This document shows positions 51,820 through 61,000 of a DNA stretch of 64,000 nt, piece after piece (position 1 is the first letter of the stretch; each line of letters opens with the position of its first letter). Origin of the DNA: Terriglobia bacterium (GTDB lineage: Bacteria; Acidobacteriota; Terriglobia; JAJPHL01); assembly GCA_963747095.1 (NCBI GenBank), contig CAVVEL010000009.1, positions 202,868-266,867 on the forward strand, written 5' to 3'. Both the position numbers and the translations under genes were made by a program. The notes beneath the pieces were generated by a model. The model was not told the origin of the DNA, made no database searches, and was given only the letters and a program-made list of their open reading frames with translations.

Positions 51820-52692
51820 GTGGAATACCAAACCATACAGGTGACGCCTGCCACGCCGGTCATCGGCGCGGAGATTCGCGGCGCCGATCTGACCAGCCCG
51901 CTGCCGGACCACCAGTGGAGCGAAGTTCACGATGCTTTCCTGCGCTATTCCGTGATCTTCTTCCGCGAGCAGAACCCGCTGACGCCCGAGCAACAGATCG
52001 CCTTTGGACGGCGCTTCGGAGAATTGCACATTCATCCGGCCGCGCCGCACATGGAAGGCTACCCGCAAGTGTTCGTGATCCACGCTCACAAGGACTCCCA
52101 GATCGCCAACGGCGAATTCTGGCATTCCGACGTTTCCTGCGATCCCGAGCCGCCCCTGGGATCGATCCTGCAAATCCACACCCTGCCGCCATCGGGAGGC
52201 GACACGCTGTTTGCCAGCATGTACGCGGCCTACAACGATCTTTCGCCGCGCATGAAAGCGTTTCTCGAAGGACTCTCCGCGGTCCATGAATCCGAGCACA
52301 TCTATCGCGGCCGCTACGCCGAGCGCGGCGTCAACGATGCCGGCAAGGTCTATCCCACGGCGGTTCATCCCATCATTCGCACGCACCCGGAAACCGGCCG
52401 GCCTTCGCTCTTTGTCAACCGGACTTTTACCACGCGGATCGAGGGCCTGCCGGAGGAAGAGAGCCGCGCCATTCTGCAATTCCTCTTCCAACACGCGGAA
52501 AGCCCCTGGTATCAAACCCGCTTCCATTGGCAAAAAAACGACATCGCCGTGTGGGACAACCGCTGTACGCAACACATGGCTATTTGGGATTACTGGCCGA
52601 ATGAACGCAAAGGCAACCGCGTGACCGTGAAAGGCGACCGTCCGGTATTTCGCGCAGAGCGCCACCAAAAGAAGGAACTGAACCACGGATGA
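51820..52692 (+). CDS. TauD/TfdA family Fe(II)/2-oxoglutarate dioxygenase
   Basis: WHSD, GGDT, HPIIRTHPETGR and WDNRCTQH. Confidence 0.95.
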   Translation: MEYQTIQVTPATPVIGAEIRGADLTSPLPDHQWSEVHDAFLRYSVIFFREQNPLTPEQQIAFGRRFGELHIHPAAPHMEGYPQVFVIHAHKDSQIANGEFWHSDVSCDPEPPLGSILQIHTLPPSGGDTLFASMYAAYNDLSPRMKAFLEGLSAVHESEHIYRGRYAERGVNDAGKVYPTAVHPIIRTHPETGRPSLFVNRTFTTRIEGLPEEESRAILQFLFQHAESPWYQTRFHWQKNDIAVWDNRCTQHMAIWDYWPNERKGNRVTVKGDRPVFRAERHQKKELNHG

Positions 52693-52803
52693 ACCGAGAT
52701 GGCCGCCGCGAGGCTGCCACCCGAGATGATGAAAACGCACCCCCGATGGCGTCCTGAGGGCCAACGGCTCGAACCATAACAGCCCCGAGCAACGCCCGGT
52801 CTC

Positions 52804-52980
52804 GCGTCGTGGGGCACGCCATCTTCACGCAGGGGAAACCATGGCTGAGCTTCGGTCCATGGTGCAGGACGCCGTCCGCTGTCACTTCGAGGACGATGAG
52901 CGGCCCCGTATGATCCGCCTGCATGTCGTCAAGGACAAGGTGATCCCCGCGTGCAGCCGCCTCGCGACCTGGATCGTTCT
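52804..52980 (+). pseudogene. remnant of a HicB-like antitoxin and the first codons of a HicA-like toxin
   Basis: VVGHAIFTQG/TMAELRSMVQDAVRCHFEDDERPRMIRLHVVKD followed by an overlapping VQPPRDL; recognised from memory. Confidence 0.5.
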
Positions 52981-53030
52981 GCGCGGCCACGCTTGTTGTC
53001 TCCGCCCGACCATGGAATACTGCTAGTTCG

Positions 53031-54320
53031 ATGCATTTCACCTGCCTAGGCTGCGCGACCACATTCCCGCTGACGGAAAACATCCACACCTGCGCGCGAT
53101 GCGGCGGCTTGTTGGACGCCTGCTACCAATTCGGCGATGCCTCCACATGGAAGTCCATATGGCTCGAACGCCGCAAATCGCACGCGCCTGCGGATCGCAG
53201 CGGCGTCTTCCGTTTTCGCGAAATTCTTCCGTTTCTCGACGATCTTTCGCTGGTCTCGACGCTCGGTGAAGGCAACACGCCGTTGCTCGACGCTCCGGGC
53301 GCGGCGCGCTACGCAGGTCTCGAGCGCGTGCGCTTCAAGCATCAAGGTTTTAATCCTACTGGATCGTTCAAGGACAACGGCATGGTCGCCGCCGTGGCGC
53401 GGGCCCGGCAATTGGGAATGCGCTTGGTGGCCTGCGTGTCCACCGGCAACACCTCGGCCTCCATGGCGGCCTACGCGGCGGTCGCCGGATTGCGGCCGAT
53501 CGTGTTTGTGCCGCGAGGCGAAATCGCCATGGGCAAACTGGCGCAAGCCCTGGAATACGGAGCCACCACGCTGCAAGTGGAAGGCAACTTCGACACGATT
53601 CTCAAACTGGTTTTCGATCTCGCGCCGGCGCTGGGGATGTATTTGCTCAATTCCATCAATCCATTCCGTCTGGAAGGGCAGAAGACCATCATGGTGGAAT
53701 TGCTGGAACAGTGCGAGTGGCGCGTTCCCGATTGGATTGTGGTGCCGGGCGGCAACCTCGGCAACGTCTCGGCGTTTGGAAAAGGCTTGCGCGAAATGCG
53801 CGATCTCGGGCTGATTGCGCGCCTGCCGAGACTCGCCGTGATCCAAGCGGCAGGCGCCGCGCCGCTCTATCACATGCTGCGCGACGCGGCGGCGGCACTC
53901 ACGCCGGTGGATCATCCGCAAACCTTGGCCACGGCAATCAAGATTGGCGCGCCGGTATCCTGGCCCAAAGCGGTGCGCGAGTTGCGCGCGTCCGGCGGGC
54001 TGTGCGAGATCGCCAGCGAACAAGAGATCGCCGACGCCAAAGCGGTGATCGGCCGATGCGGCATCGGTTGCGAGCCGGCATCGGCGGCCACGCTGGCGGG
54101 CATCCGCAAACTAACCGCCGCCGGCATAATGCAGCCCGGCGACGATGTGGTGGCCATCCTCACCGGCCATGTCTTAAAGGATCCGGAGTACATCCTGAAC
54201 TATCACGCCGGTCGCCTGGAAGTTGGCGGAGAACGGCTGGTCTCGACGTTTGCGAATCAACCGCGGCCCTTGCCCGCCGATCCGGCGGCGTTGCGCGCGG
54301 CCCTGGAAGAATTGACGTAA
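53031..54320 (+). CDS. thrC: threonine synthase
   Basis: LGEGNTP, NPTGSFKDNG, STGNTSAS, PGGNLGN, CEPASAA and TGHVLKD. Confidence 0.95.
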   Translation: MHFTCLGCATTFPLTENIHTCARCGGLLDACYQFGDASTWKSIWLERRKSHAPADRSGVFRFREILPFLDDLSLVSTLGEGNTPLLDAPGAARYAGLERVRFKHQGFNPTGSFKDNGMVAAVARARQLGMRLVACVSTGNTSASMAAYAAVAGLRPIVFVPRGEIAMGKLAQALEYGATTLQVEGNFDTILKLVFDLAPALGMYLLNSINPFRLEGQKTIMVELLEQCEWRVPDWIVVPGGNLGNVSAFGKGLREMRDLGLIARLPRLAVIQAAGAAPLYHMLRDAAAALTPVDHPQTLATAIKIGAPVSWPKAVRELRASGGLCEIASEQEIADAKAVIGRCGIGCEPASAATLAGIRKLTAAGIMQPGDDVVAILTGHVLKDPEYILNYHAGRLEVGGERLVSTFANQPRPLPADPAALRAALEELT

Positions 54321-54340
54321 CGCGGGCCTTCAAGCCTGCG

Positions 54341-54799
54341 TTACTCGACGCTCAAGAGCGCCTGTCCGGGATTGACCGACGCGCCCTCGGCCACTGCGAT
54401 GGCAACCACCCTGCCAGCCTTGGGCGACTTGATCTCGTTCTGCATCTTCATCGCTTCCACAACCACCAGGCCTTGGCCCGTGCTCACTGCGTCGCCTTCG
54501 GCGACCAGCAGCCGCACTACTTTGCCGGGCATCGGCGCCAATATGTTCTGCCGGCCTTCCAGCAACGCGCCGCCGCGTTTCCGTGCCACCTTGCGAGGAT
54601 CGCCGACGCGCGCGACATAATGATTGCCGTTGACGTGAACGTCCAGCACGCCGTCGAGGCCGTCGCGCACCACGACTTCGTAGCTGCGGCCGTCGCGCAG
54701 AATCGAGTAGACGCCGCTTTCCACTTCCTCGACCACCGCGCCCGGCGAGGCCAGATCGATTTGGTGTTGCTGGGATCCGATTTGGACGATCACCTTCAT
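54341..54799 (-). CDS. biotin carboxyl carrier protein
   Basis: APMPGKV and the EAMKM biotinylation motif. Confidence 0.93.
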   Translation of the reverse strand: MKVIVQIGSQQHQIDLASPGAVVEEVESGVYSILRDGRSYEVVVRDGLDGVLDVHVNGNHYVARVGDPRKVARKRGGALLEGRQNILAPMPGKVVRLLVAEGDAVSTGQGLVVVEAMKMQNEIKSPKAGRVVAIAVAEGASVNPGQALLSVE

Positions 54800-54883
54800 G
54801 TCATTTTCATTTAGCGGGCCAACTCCGCCAGCGCTTCCGCCAAGAACAGCGTGCCTTGCGCGATGGCCTCCGCGCGGCGCATT

Positions 54884-54970
54884 CGATCCACAGATTACAC
54901 AGATTACACAGATTTAGGAAACGGCATTCCGCGGTTCTTAATCTGTGTAATCTGGGTAATCTGTGGATCG
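54884..54970. repeat. hairpin element of 9-nt tandem units (CACAGATTA x3)
   Basis: CGATCCACAGATTACACAGATTACACAGATT / AATCTGTGTAATCTGGGTAATCTGTGGATCG. Confidence 0.9.
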
Positions 54971-54990
54971 TTTTTCTGTGGACCCTTTTC

Positions 54991-57636
54991 TTAGAGCATT
55001 CCCGCCACAATCCCGGCGACCTCCCTGAGCGTGGCATCGAGTTGCGCGGGATTCTTGCCTCCGGCTTCCGCCATATCGGGCCGCCCGCCGCCGGTGCCGC
55101 CCATCTTTTCCGCGACGGCTTTCACGATCTTGCCGGCGTGAAGCTTGGGGTTCAGATCCTTGGACACGGCGGCGACCAGTGCCACCTTGTCATCGTCCGC
55201 GCCCGCGCCCAGCACGATGACGCCGCTGCCGATCTTGCCGCGCAAGGAGTCGATCAAACTGCGCATTTGCCCGCGATCCAGCGCTTCCACCCGCGCCGCC
55301 AGCACGGCGACGTTCTTCACCTGTTCCACGCGCTGCAACAAACCAGCCACGCTGGCTTGCGCCAGCTTCATGCGCATTTGTTCCACTTGCTTCTCCAGCA
55401 ACCGGCCGCGCTGGCTCAGCTTCTCCACCGCTTCCACTAACTCCGGCTCGGCGGCATTGATCATCTCCGAGAGCCGCGCGATGCGCGCCGCAACATCGTG
55501 GTAATTGTGATACGCGCCTTCACCGGTGATCGCCTCGATGCGCCGCACGCCGGCGGAAATGCTGGATTCCGAAACCACCTTGAACACACCGATGTCGCCG
55601 GTGCGGGTCACGTGGGTGCCGCCGCACAGTTCGGTGGAGAATCCCGGAATGCGAACCACGCGCACGCGCGCGCCGTACTTCTCGCCGAACAGCGCCATGG
55701 CGCCGGTCTCGATGGCCGCGTCCAGGTCCATAACATCAGTGTGCAATTCGGTGTTCTGCAGAATCTGCTCGTTGACCAGCCGTTCCACTTCCGCAATTTC
55801 ACTGGAATCCATGGCCGTGTAATGTGAAAAATCGAAGCGCAGGCGCCCCGGATCGACGATGGAGCCTTGCTGTTTCACGTGCGTGCCCAGCACGCGGCGC
55901 AGCGCCGCGTGCATCAAGTGCGTGGCGGTGTGATTGCGCATCGTGGAGCGCCGGCCCGCGACGGCCACGCGCGCCAGCACTACGTCGCCGACGCGCAGGG
56001 TGTCCTGGGCCAGCACTTTGTGCGCGATCACGCCCTTGAGCGGCGCGTGGGTGTCCTCCACGCGAGCGGCTTCTTCGCCTTCGCGCAGAAAAACGCCGGT
56101 GTCGCCCACTTGTCCGCCCGATTCGGCATAAAACGGCGTGCGATCCAGCACGACTTCCGCGCGTTCTCCGGCCGGCAATTGTTCCAGCCGTGTAGCGCCG
56201 CGCACAATCGCGACGATCTTGCCGACGGCCTCGAACGCCGAGTAACCGTCGAAAACAGTGGCCGACGATTCCAGGATCTCGCGAAACACCGGCGCGGCCA
56301 CGGCTTTTTCCCCGCCTTTCCAACTGGCGCGGGCCCGCGTGCGTTGCTTGTCCATCTCGGTTTCGAAACCGGCCGTGTCAATGGTCAGGACGCGCTCGCG
56401 CGCGATTTCCTCCATCAGATCGAGCGCCAATCCGAAGGTGTCGTAAAGATGGAAAACTTTCTCGCCGGCGAGGCGCTTGCTCTGGCCCGCTTCCTCGACG
56501 GCCTTCTCGAACTCGCGTAACGCCAGGGTCAGGGAATGCCCGAAGCGCGTTTCCTCTTCCTTCACTACCCGCGCCACGCGCGGCACGCTTTCCAGCAGCT
56601 CGGGATAAGCGCCCTGCATCATCTCGGCGACGTGTCCAGTCAACTCATAAAGGAAGGGACGCTCCAATCCCAGCATCCGCCCGTGGCGAATCGCCCGGCG
56701 CAGGATTTTCCGCAGCACGTAGCCGCGTCCTTCGTTGGCGGGCAGCACGCCATCGTTGATCAGAAACGCCGCCGCGCGAGCATGGTCGGCCAAAATGCGA
56801 AGGGACACGTCGTTGGCGTCATTGTCGCCGTAGGCTTTGCCGCTGACTTCCGCTGCCTGGTCCACCAACGGACGCAGCAAGTCCGTCTCGAAGTTCGACA
56901 GCTTGCCCTGCATCACGGTGGCAACGCGCTCCAGGCCCATGCCGGTGTCGATGGAGGGCGCAGGCAGCGGCGTCATCTTGCCGGAGGCGTCGCGATCGAA
57001 CTGCATGAAGACCAGGTTCCAAATTTCCACGTAGCGGCCGCAGTCGCAGGGAAACTGGCAATCGCCGTGACCTTCATCGGAGGCGTGCACGCCCATATCG
57101 TAGTGGATCTCGGAGCAGGGGCCGCAGGGGCCGGTGTCGCCCATGGCCCAAAAATTGTCCTTCTCGTCCAGGCGGAAGATGCGCGCCGCGGGCACGCCCG
57201 CTTCGCTCTGCCACAATGCTCCGGCGGTATCGTCGTCGCGGAAAATGGTGACGTAGAGGCGATCCTTGGCCAGGCCGTAGCCTTCCCTGGGGCTGGTGAC
57301 GAGGTCCCAGGCAAAACGGATGGCGTCCTTCTTGAAGTAGTCGCCGAAAGAAAAATTCCCCAGCATTTCGAAAAACGTTTGATGGCGCCGGGTGCGGCCG
57401 ACGTTTTCCAGATCGTTGTGTTTGCCCCCGGCGCGAACGCACTTCTGCGAAGTGGTGGCGCGTTTGTAGTCGCGCGGTTCCAGACCCAGAAAAACGTCCT
57501 TGAACTGCACCATGCCGGCGTTGGTGAACAACAAGGTTGCGTCGTTGGCCGGCACCAGCGCACTGCTCTTCACCACGCGATGGCCGCGCGCCGCAAAATA
57601 GTCGAGAAACCGCTGGCGGATTTCATTGCCTGTCAT
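54991..57636 (-). CDS. alaS: alanine--tRNA ligase
   Basis: LLFTNAGM, IDTGMGLER, HTATH and ELCGGTH editing motifs, GGGRPDMA. Confidence 0.99.
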   Translation of the reverse strand: MTGNEIRQRFLDYFAARGHRVVKSSALVPANDATLLFTNAGMVQFKDVFLGLEPRDYKRATTSQKCVRAGGKHNDLENVGRTRRHQTFFEMLGNFSFGDYFKKDAIRFAWDLVTSPREGYGLAKDRLYVTIFRDDDTAGALWQSEAGVPAARIFRLDEKDNFWAMGDTGPCGPCSEIHYDMGVHASDEGHGDCQFPCDCGRYVEIWNLVFMQFDRDASGKMTPLPAPSIDTGMGLERVATVMQGKLSNFETDLLRPLVDQAAEVSGKAYGDNDANDVSLRILADHARAAAFLINDGVLPANEGRGYVLRKILRRAIRHGRMLGLERPFLYELTGHVAEMMQGAYPELLESVPRVARVVKEEETRFGHSLTLALREFEKAVEEAGQSKRLAGEKVFHLYDTFGLALDLMEEIARERVLTIDTAGFETEMDKQRTRARASWKGGEKAVAAPVFREILESSATVFDGYSAFEAVGKIVAIVRGATRLEQLPAGERAEVVLDRTPFYAESGGQVGDTGVFLREGEEAARVEDTHAPLKGVIAHKVLAQDTLRVGDVVLARVAVAGRRSTMRNHTATHLMHAALRRVLGTHVKQQGSIVDPGRLRFDFSHYTAMDSSEIAEVERLVNEQILQNTELHTDVMDLDAAIETGAMALFGEKYGARVRVVRIPGFSTELCGGTHVTRTGDIGVFKVVSESSISAGVRRIEAITGEGAYHNYHDVAARIARLSEMINAAEPELVEAVEKLSQRGRLLEKQVEQMRMKLAQASVAGLLQRVEQVKNVAVLAARVEALDRGQMRSLIDSLRGKIGSGVIVLGAGADDDKVALVAAVSKDLNPKLHAGKIVKAVAEKMGGTGGGRPDMAEAGGKNPAQLDATLREVAGIVAGML

Positions 57637-57668
57637 GAAGCTTAGATTATATCGCGGCCTGGGAGAAG

Positions 57669-57782
57669 ATCAGCCACAGAGGCACAGAGAACACGGAGAC
57701 CGGATGCACAGAGAAAAGCTTGTCTTGGCCTTGTGTTCTCTGTGTTTCCGATCTCCGTGTTCTCTGTGCCTCTGTGGCTGAT
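57669..57782. repeat. hairpin element of 9-nt tandem units (CACAGAG type)
   Basis: ATCAGCCACAGAGGCACAGAGAACACGGAGA / TCTCCGTGTTCTCTGTGCCTCTGTGGCTGAT. Confidence 0.88.
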
Positions 57783-57785
57783 TCC

Positions 57786-58298
57786 TCACTCTCCCAACGA
57801 TTCTTCCAGCGCGTCCGCGTCTTCCTTGCGCAGCCTGCGCAATTCCGCAAAAATGAGCGACGGCGAGAATCCCGCCACCACCAAGTGCCGGTACAACGCG
57901 GCCATGGCGCGGCGGTCGGCCGGCAGGCCCGTGCGGCGGGTGTGCTTGGCGATGTGCTCGCGCAGCATCTCCGATTCATCGGCGCCGGCGAAGGCCTTTT
58001 CCACGGTGCGCTGGGCCAGTTGGGGGGCCACGCGGCGAGCCCGCAGGTCGCGCTCCACGCGACGGCGGCCTACTCTGGCGTCCATGCGCCACGATGCATA
58101 GGACTCCGCGAAGCGCGCATCGTTCAGCAAGCCGGCATCCTTCAGGCGGCGCAGCACGGCTTCCACGTCGGTCTTGCGCAGTGCGCGGCGCTCCAGTTTG
58201 CCGCGCATCTCGCCCAACGACAACGCCCGCGCCGCTAGCGACTTCAGCGCGTAGGCATGCAACTCCCCCTCACCCAGCGGCTTGGGCCGGCGATTCAT
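57786..58298 (-). CDS. recX: regulatory protein RecX
   Basis: ALKSLAARALSLGEMRGKL, LLNDARFAESY and GF near the C-terminus; upstream of alaS. Confidence 0.88.
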   Translation of the reverse strand: MNRRPKPLGEGELHAYALKSLAARALSLGEMRGKLERRALRKTDVEAVLRRLKDAGLLNDARFAESYASWRMDARVGRRRVERDLRARRVAPQLAQRTVEKAFAGADESEMLREHIAKHTRRTGLPADRRAMAALYRHLVVAGFSPSLIFAELRRLRKEDADALEESLGE

Positions 58299-58322
58299 CA
58301 CTAAGATTGTATAATCTGTTCC
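58299..58322. promoter_or_regulatory. bidirectional leaderless promoter with overlapping -10 boxes
   Basis: AGATTGTATAATCT: TATAAT (+) lies 7 nt before the cobB ATG and TACAAT (-) lies 7 nt before the recX ATG. Confidence 0.7.
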
Positions 58323-59057
58323 ATGACTCTAGCCGAAGTTCGCGCCAAAATTGCCGCCAGCAGACGCGTGGTTGGGTTCACCGGCGCGGGGATTTCCACG
58401 GAGTCGGGCATCCCCGATTTCCGAAGCCCCAACGGCGTGTGGGCTAAGTACCGCACCGTGTACTTCGACGAGTTCCTTTCCAGCCACGAAGGACGCGTGG
58501 AGTATTGGCGTCAAAAAGTGGAGAACTGGCCGTATATTCGCGACGCCAAGCCAAACGCCGGTCATTTCGCCTTTGTGGACCTGCAACGTGCCGGAAAGTT
58601 GCGCGCGCTCATCACTCAAAACATCGACGGCCTGCATCAACGCGCCGGCTTGCCGCGCGAGGCGGTCATCGAATTACACGGAACCACCACGGAGGCGGTG
58701 TGCTTGTCCTGCGGCGAGCGCATTCCCTCGGAGGAAGCCGTGGCTCGCGTGCAAGCGGGCGAGTTGGCGCCGGAGTGCCGGTTGTGCGGCGGCTATCTGA
58801 AGCCCGCCACCATCTCCTTCGGCCAGGCCATGCCGGAGCAGGAAATGCGCCGGGCCACCACCGCGACGCTCGACTGCGAGGTGTTCCTCGCCGTGGGATC
58901 GTCACTGGTGGTGCATCCGGCGGCGGGCTTTCCATCGCTGGCCAAGGAGAATGGCGCGATGCTGGTGATTATCAATCGCGACCCGACGCCGCTCGATGCC
59001 ATCGCCGACCTGGTGATCAATGGGGAGATCGGGAGCGTCTTACCAACGTTGCTATAA
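58323..59057 (+). CDS. cobB: NAD-dependent protein deacylase (sirtuin)
   Basis: GAGISTESGIPDFR, TQNIDGLH, LHG, two CxxC pairs and GSSL. Confidence 0.93.
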   Translation: MTLAEVRAKIAASRRVVGFTGAGISTESGIPDFRSPNGVWAKYRTVYFDEFLSSHEGRVEYWRQKVENWPYIRDAKPNAGHFAFVDLQRAGKLRALITQNIDGLHQRAGLPREAVIELHGTTTEAVCLSCGERIPSEEAVARVQAGELAPECRLCGGYLKPATISFGQAMPEQEMRRATTATLDCEVFLAVGSSLVVHPAAGFPSLAKENGAMLVIINRDPTPLDAIADLVINGEIGSVLPTLL

Positions 59058-59059
59058 AA

Positions 59060-59950
59060 TCACGAACCCGCCGCGTACTGAGAGGCAGCGGTGTGCCCGG
59101 CCGGATCACCGCCTGGCGCCGCAGCGTTGCCCCAGGCGCTCGCGCTCGATGGCGCCGGCGAATCAAAGGCGCTCGCGCTCGATGGCGCCGGCGAATCAAA
59201 GGCGCTCGCGCTAGATGGCGCCGGCGAATCAAAGGCGCTCGCGCTAGATGGCGCCGGCGAATCAAAGGCGCTCGCGCTAGATGGCGCCGACGCGCGGTTG
59301 GGCGGTATAAGCGGAGCCGGGTCGCATTTCTGGCCGGTGGGAACCAGGCGATCCCGCACGGAGCGGGTCATGCGCAGCAGCAAGCTTTCTACTCCTTTTA
59401 CCGTGAGATCCACGGCCGGGATGGCCGCCAGAGCCGCCGCCGTGTATCCCTGGCGGTAGTACAGCCAAAACAGCGAGCGGTGCACGCGCGAATATCCTTC
59501 CTCCGAGAGCACGTGGCCGATCTGTTTCAGCAGCACGGTTTGCTCCAACTCCTCGCGGCTGCCGTGGCCGCCAGCCCGGTCCGGAGGATCGGCCAGATCC
59601 AGGCTTTGATCCGCCAGACCCGATCCGCGCTTGCGGGCTTGCCGCGCTTTGAAATGGTCTTGGACCAGATTGGCGGCCGTCACTTTCAGATAGGCGAAGA
59701 GAGAATCGGCATGGACTCCCTGGAAGTCGCGCAGCGACTGGCAATGGTCGGCGCAGAGTTTCAAGTAGACCTCTTGCACCAAATCTTCCAGCATGGCGGG
59801 GGCGGTCACATTCCATCGCCGGGCTGTGCGCGCAACCACGGTAGCGATCAGGGTATGAAACCGATTCAGGAATTCCTCCCACGCTGCTTCATTCCCTGCC
59901 CGGAGGCATTCCTGAACCAGTTGGTTCGGAGAAAGTGAGCCGTAGTCCAT
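59060..59950 (-). CDS. ECF-type sigma-70 factor with a repeat-derived C-terminal tail
   Basis: GGGAG + ATG at 59950; region 2 EAAWEEF..EDLVQEVYLKL..AYL..DHF; region 4 TVKGVESLLLR. Confidence 0.85.
   Translation of the reverse strand: MDYGSLSPNQLVQECLRAGNEAAWEEFLNRFHTLIATVVARTARRWNVTAPAMLEDLVQEVYLKLCADHCQSLRDFQGVHADSLFAYLKVTAANLVQDHFKARQARKRGSGLADQSLDLADPPDRAGGHGSREELEQTVLLKQIGHVLSEEGYSRVHRSLFWLYYRQGYTAAALAAIPAVDLTVKGVESLLLRMTRSVRDRLVPTGQKCDPAPLIPPNRASAPSSASAFDSPAPSSASAFDSPAPSSASAFDSPAPSSASAFDSPAPSSASAWGNAAAPGGDPAGHTAASQYAAGS
59134..59289. repeat. 33-bp tandem repeat, about 4.7 copies
   Basis: Unit AGGCGCTCGCGCT(C/A)GATGGCGCCGGCGAATCAA with no spacers; encodes SSASAFDSPAP in the sigma frame. 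Confidence 0.95.
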
Positions 59951-60127
59951 ACACTCCCATCTGCGAGAATCCCTCGGAACGTGGGCCAAACGCTCTACGC
60001 GTTTCGTTTCAGGCCTCCGGGTACTATAGGACCACACCTCGCCACGAAGGTGGTCTGGACTAACGACTTTTCGGTTCCCGTTCTGGGCCTCAATGAGAGC
60101 AGACGAAAAAGGTGTTAGACTTTCCCT

Positions 60128-60925
60128 ATGCCGAGTACTTCTGCGCCGGATTGCCAGGTTTGCGGCGGTACCGGCTGGCGGCCCAGTGCCGAGAGCGGAG
60201 CGAAAGGTCCGCTGGTACCGTGCGACTGCCGGGAGCGGGCCCGAGTGGAGCGCGCCATTGAAGGCGCCGGCATACCCTTGAAGTACCAGACCTGCGACTT
60301 CAACACGTTTGACTGCCATTGGGAAGGGTCTCGCAACGATATGCTGTGGAAAGCGCTCAACGTGGCCCAGCAGTTCGTGGACGAATATCCCACCAACGCC
60401 CGCGGATTGCTCTTTTTGGGCCCTCCTGGAACGGGCAAGACTCACCTGATGATCGCGCTGCTGCGCAAGCTCTGCGAGAAGGGAGCCGAAGCAGTTTTCC
60501 TCGATTATCAGGAGTTGCTGCGACGCATTCAAAATAGCTATAACCCTTCGGTGCACACGACGGAGTACGAACTGCTACAACCGGTGCTGTCGTCGGATGT
60601 GGTTGCCATCGACGACCTCGGCAACAACCGCATCTCGGATTGGGTGGAAGATACGGTGACCTATATCGTGAATCACCGCTACAGCAGGGATCTGCCTACG
60701 CTCTTCACCGCCAACCTGAAAGAAGAGCGCATGACAGGCAAGCCGGGCAAGCACACGACCCATCCTTCATTCGAGGAGCGCCTGGGCCCGCGCGTGGCTT
60801 CGCGGGTTCGGGAGATGTGCCGATTCGTGGAGATGAAGGCGGGCGATTATCGGCGGTTCAAGGCGGGCGTCGCGCAGTTGCCCTCAGAGGATACGGGACT
60901 TCCTACTGAGCATCGGACAGAGTAA
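60128..60925 (+). CDS. DnaC/IstB-like AAA+ ATPase with an N-terminal zinc finger
   Basis: CQVC..CDC, GPPGTGKTHL, IDDLG, FTAN and RVASRVREM. Confidence 0.9.
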   Translation: MPSTSAPDCQVCGGTGWRPSAESGAKGPLVPCDCRERARVERAIEGAGIPLKYQTCDFNTFDCHWEGSRNDMLWKALNVAQQFVDEYPTNARGLLFLGPPGTGKTHLMIALLRKLCEKGAEAVFLDYQELLRRIQNSYNPSVHTTEYELLQPVLSSDVVAIDDLGNNRISDWVEDTVTYIVNHRYSRDLPTLFTANLKEERMTGKPGKHTTHPSFEERLGPRVASRVREMCRFVEMKAGDYRRFKAGVAQLPSEDTGLPTEHRTE

Positions 60926-61000
60926 AGAAAACTACGCCCGCCGGGATGCCCGCGCTACTTTGTGTTACATTATCTTTGAGAGTCGCGCCAACCGTCTCTC

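Noticed and set aside
54807-55037. Short ORFs with tripeptide repeats (HRLHRL, NLCNLC; similar at 30767-30991 and 57720-57780)
   Set aside because: They are translations of the 9-nt-unit hairpin elements.
58323-59057. Anti-phage SIR2 NADase (Thoeris/DSR type)
   Set aside because: Short canonical CobB with a zinc finger, no fused domain and no defence partner.
59134-59289. CRISPR array
   Set aside because: The 33-bp units are directly tandem with no unique spacers, and there are no cas genes.
59951-60556. N-terminal extension giving the 498-aa track ORF
   Set aside because: It is antisense to the DnaC-like gene; the sigma factor has its own RBS and ATG at 59950.
60128-60925. IS21 element
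   Set aside because: No IstA transposase or terminal repeats.
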